DNA from: Macrostomum hystrix
Lineage: Eukaryota; Animalia; Platyhelminthes
DNA length: 64,000 bases
Direction: 5' to 3'
Assembly (NCBI GenBank): GCA_950097015.1
Contig: CATNEN010000011.1
Location: forward strand, 1-64,000
Shown piece by piece: positions 63,732 through 64,000 of this stretch; the first letter of the stretch is position 1; every line of letters begins with the position of its first letter. The position numbers and the translations under genes were made by a program. Under the pieces are notes generated by a model. It was not told the origin of the DNA and did not search any database. It saw only the letters and a list, made by a program, of their open reading frames with translations.

Positions 63732-64000
63732 ATAATAAAAATTCCTTGATTGAAACGTGCGTTTGCAGACTCTCAATCAGCAGGAATATAGAAACGCAGC
63801 TAGAGTTTCTGCTAGCTGCTCCTACAGATGTCAATATGCTGCAATGTTAGAACTAGGCTCAAGCTTTTTGCAAATCACGCCGTACATGAAAAAGCGAAAA
63901 GAACAACTTGAGCTTCTTGCACGTGCACTAGAACAGCTTTGCACGTTCTGTTTGCAAAGATCAATTCATGCTGCTATTTAAGCATTTTGAAGGGACACTC

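Larger units (their letters stand above)
1..64000 (+). repeat. Large tandem satellite DNA array (577/593-bp monomer family, ~100 full monomers plus 17 half-monomers), extending beyond both window ends
   Basis: The anchor GGAAGATATGAACGCAGCTAAAG recurs at 425, 1002, 1579, 2156 ... 61877, 62794 with spacings of 575-593 bp (917 or more where half-units intervene). No unique sequence interrupts it and no inverted units were seen. Confidence 0.99.
61877..64000 (+). repeat. B-C-B-C-C block duplicated from 54306-~56480 (offset 7571 bp at its start)
   Basis: Shared rare variants in the same order: CATGCTACTATTTAGGC (~55133/~62703), CAGCTAGCCGCTCC (~55891/~63448), TTTAAGCCTTTT (~56172/~63690), GAGTTTCTGCTAG (~56285/~63783). 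Confidence 0.9.

Noticed and set aside
1-64000. Tandem rRNA (5S), tRNA or snRNA gene array, or LTR/TE-derived tandem
   Set aside because: I recognised no 5S or tRNA sequence, Pol III A/B boxes, terminal repeats, TSDs, PBS/PPT or TE coding remnants. An Rfam/Dfam search of the consensus would be the definitive test.
1-64000. Whole array as an assembly artefact
   Set aside because: Hierarchical shared SNPs, several distinct HOR periods and chimeric units are hard to produce by collapse or expansion. Exact copy numbers still need read validation.

Overview
The whole 64-kb window is one uninterrupted, head-to-tail satellite DNA array (about 44% GC, hand count of one monomer), with every unit on the same strand. 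I found no credible gene, RNA gene, transposon or CRISPR array; all ORFs in the track are by-products of the repeat. There are about 100 full monomers of two related types. Type A is 577 bp (575-587 bp variants) and type B is 593 bp; they are near-identical over about 380 bp and differ in a central segment of about 200 bp. There are also 17 truncated half-monomers (type C, usually 324 bp). Each monomer is an old dimer (310+267 bp) and possibly a tetramer of ~144-bp units. The array is zoned: pure A (1-16585), mixed A/B with a 2357-bp higher-order repeat (HOR) (16586-33127), A-rich 1154/2324-bp HORs (33128-39506), a 2427-bp B/C HOR (39507-50131), B/C 917-bp repeats, and a homogeneous B block (56540-61876). 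The most striking signal is a 336-bp deletion filled by a 67-bp patchwork copied from nearby sequence in both orientations, which resembles a polymerase-theta repair scar. It is amplified in 17 places, defines the half-length monomer, and has seeded a 38-bp minisatellite present at 2, 3 or 4 copies. Two other templated-looking insertions (60 bp and 10 bp) suggest the same process recurs. The architecture fits eukaryotic centromeric or pericentromeric satellite, but organism and function cannot be determined from sequence alone.
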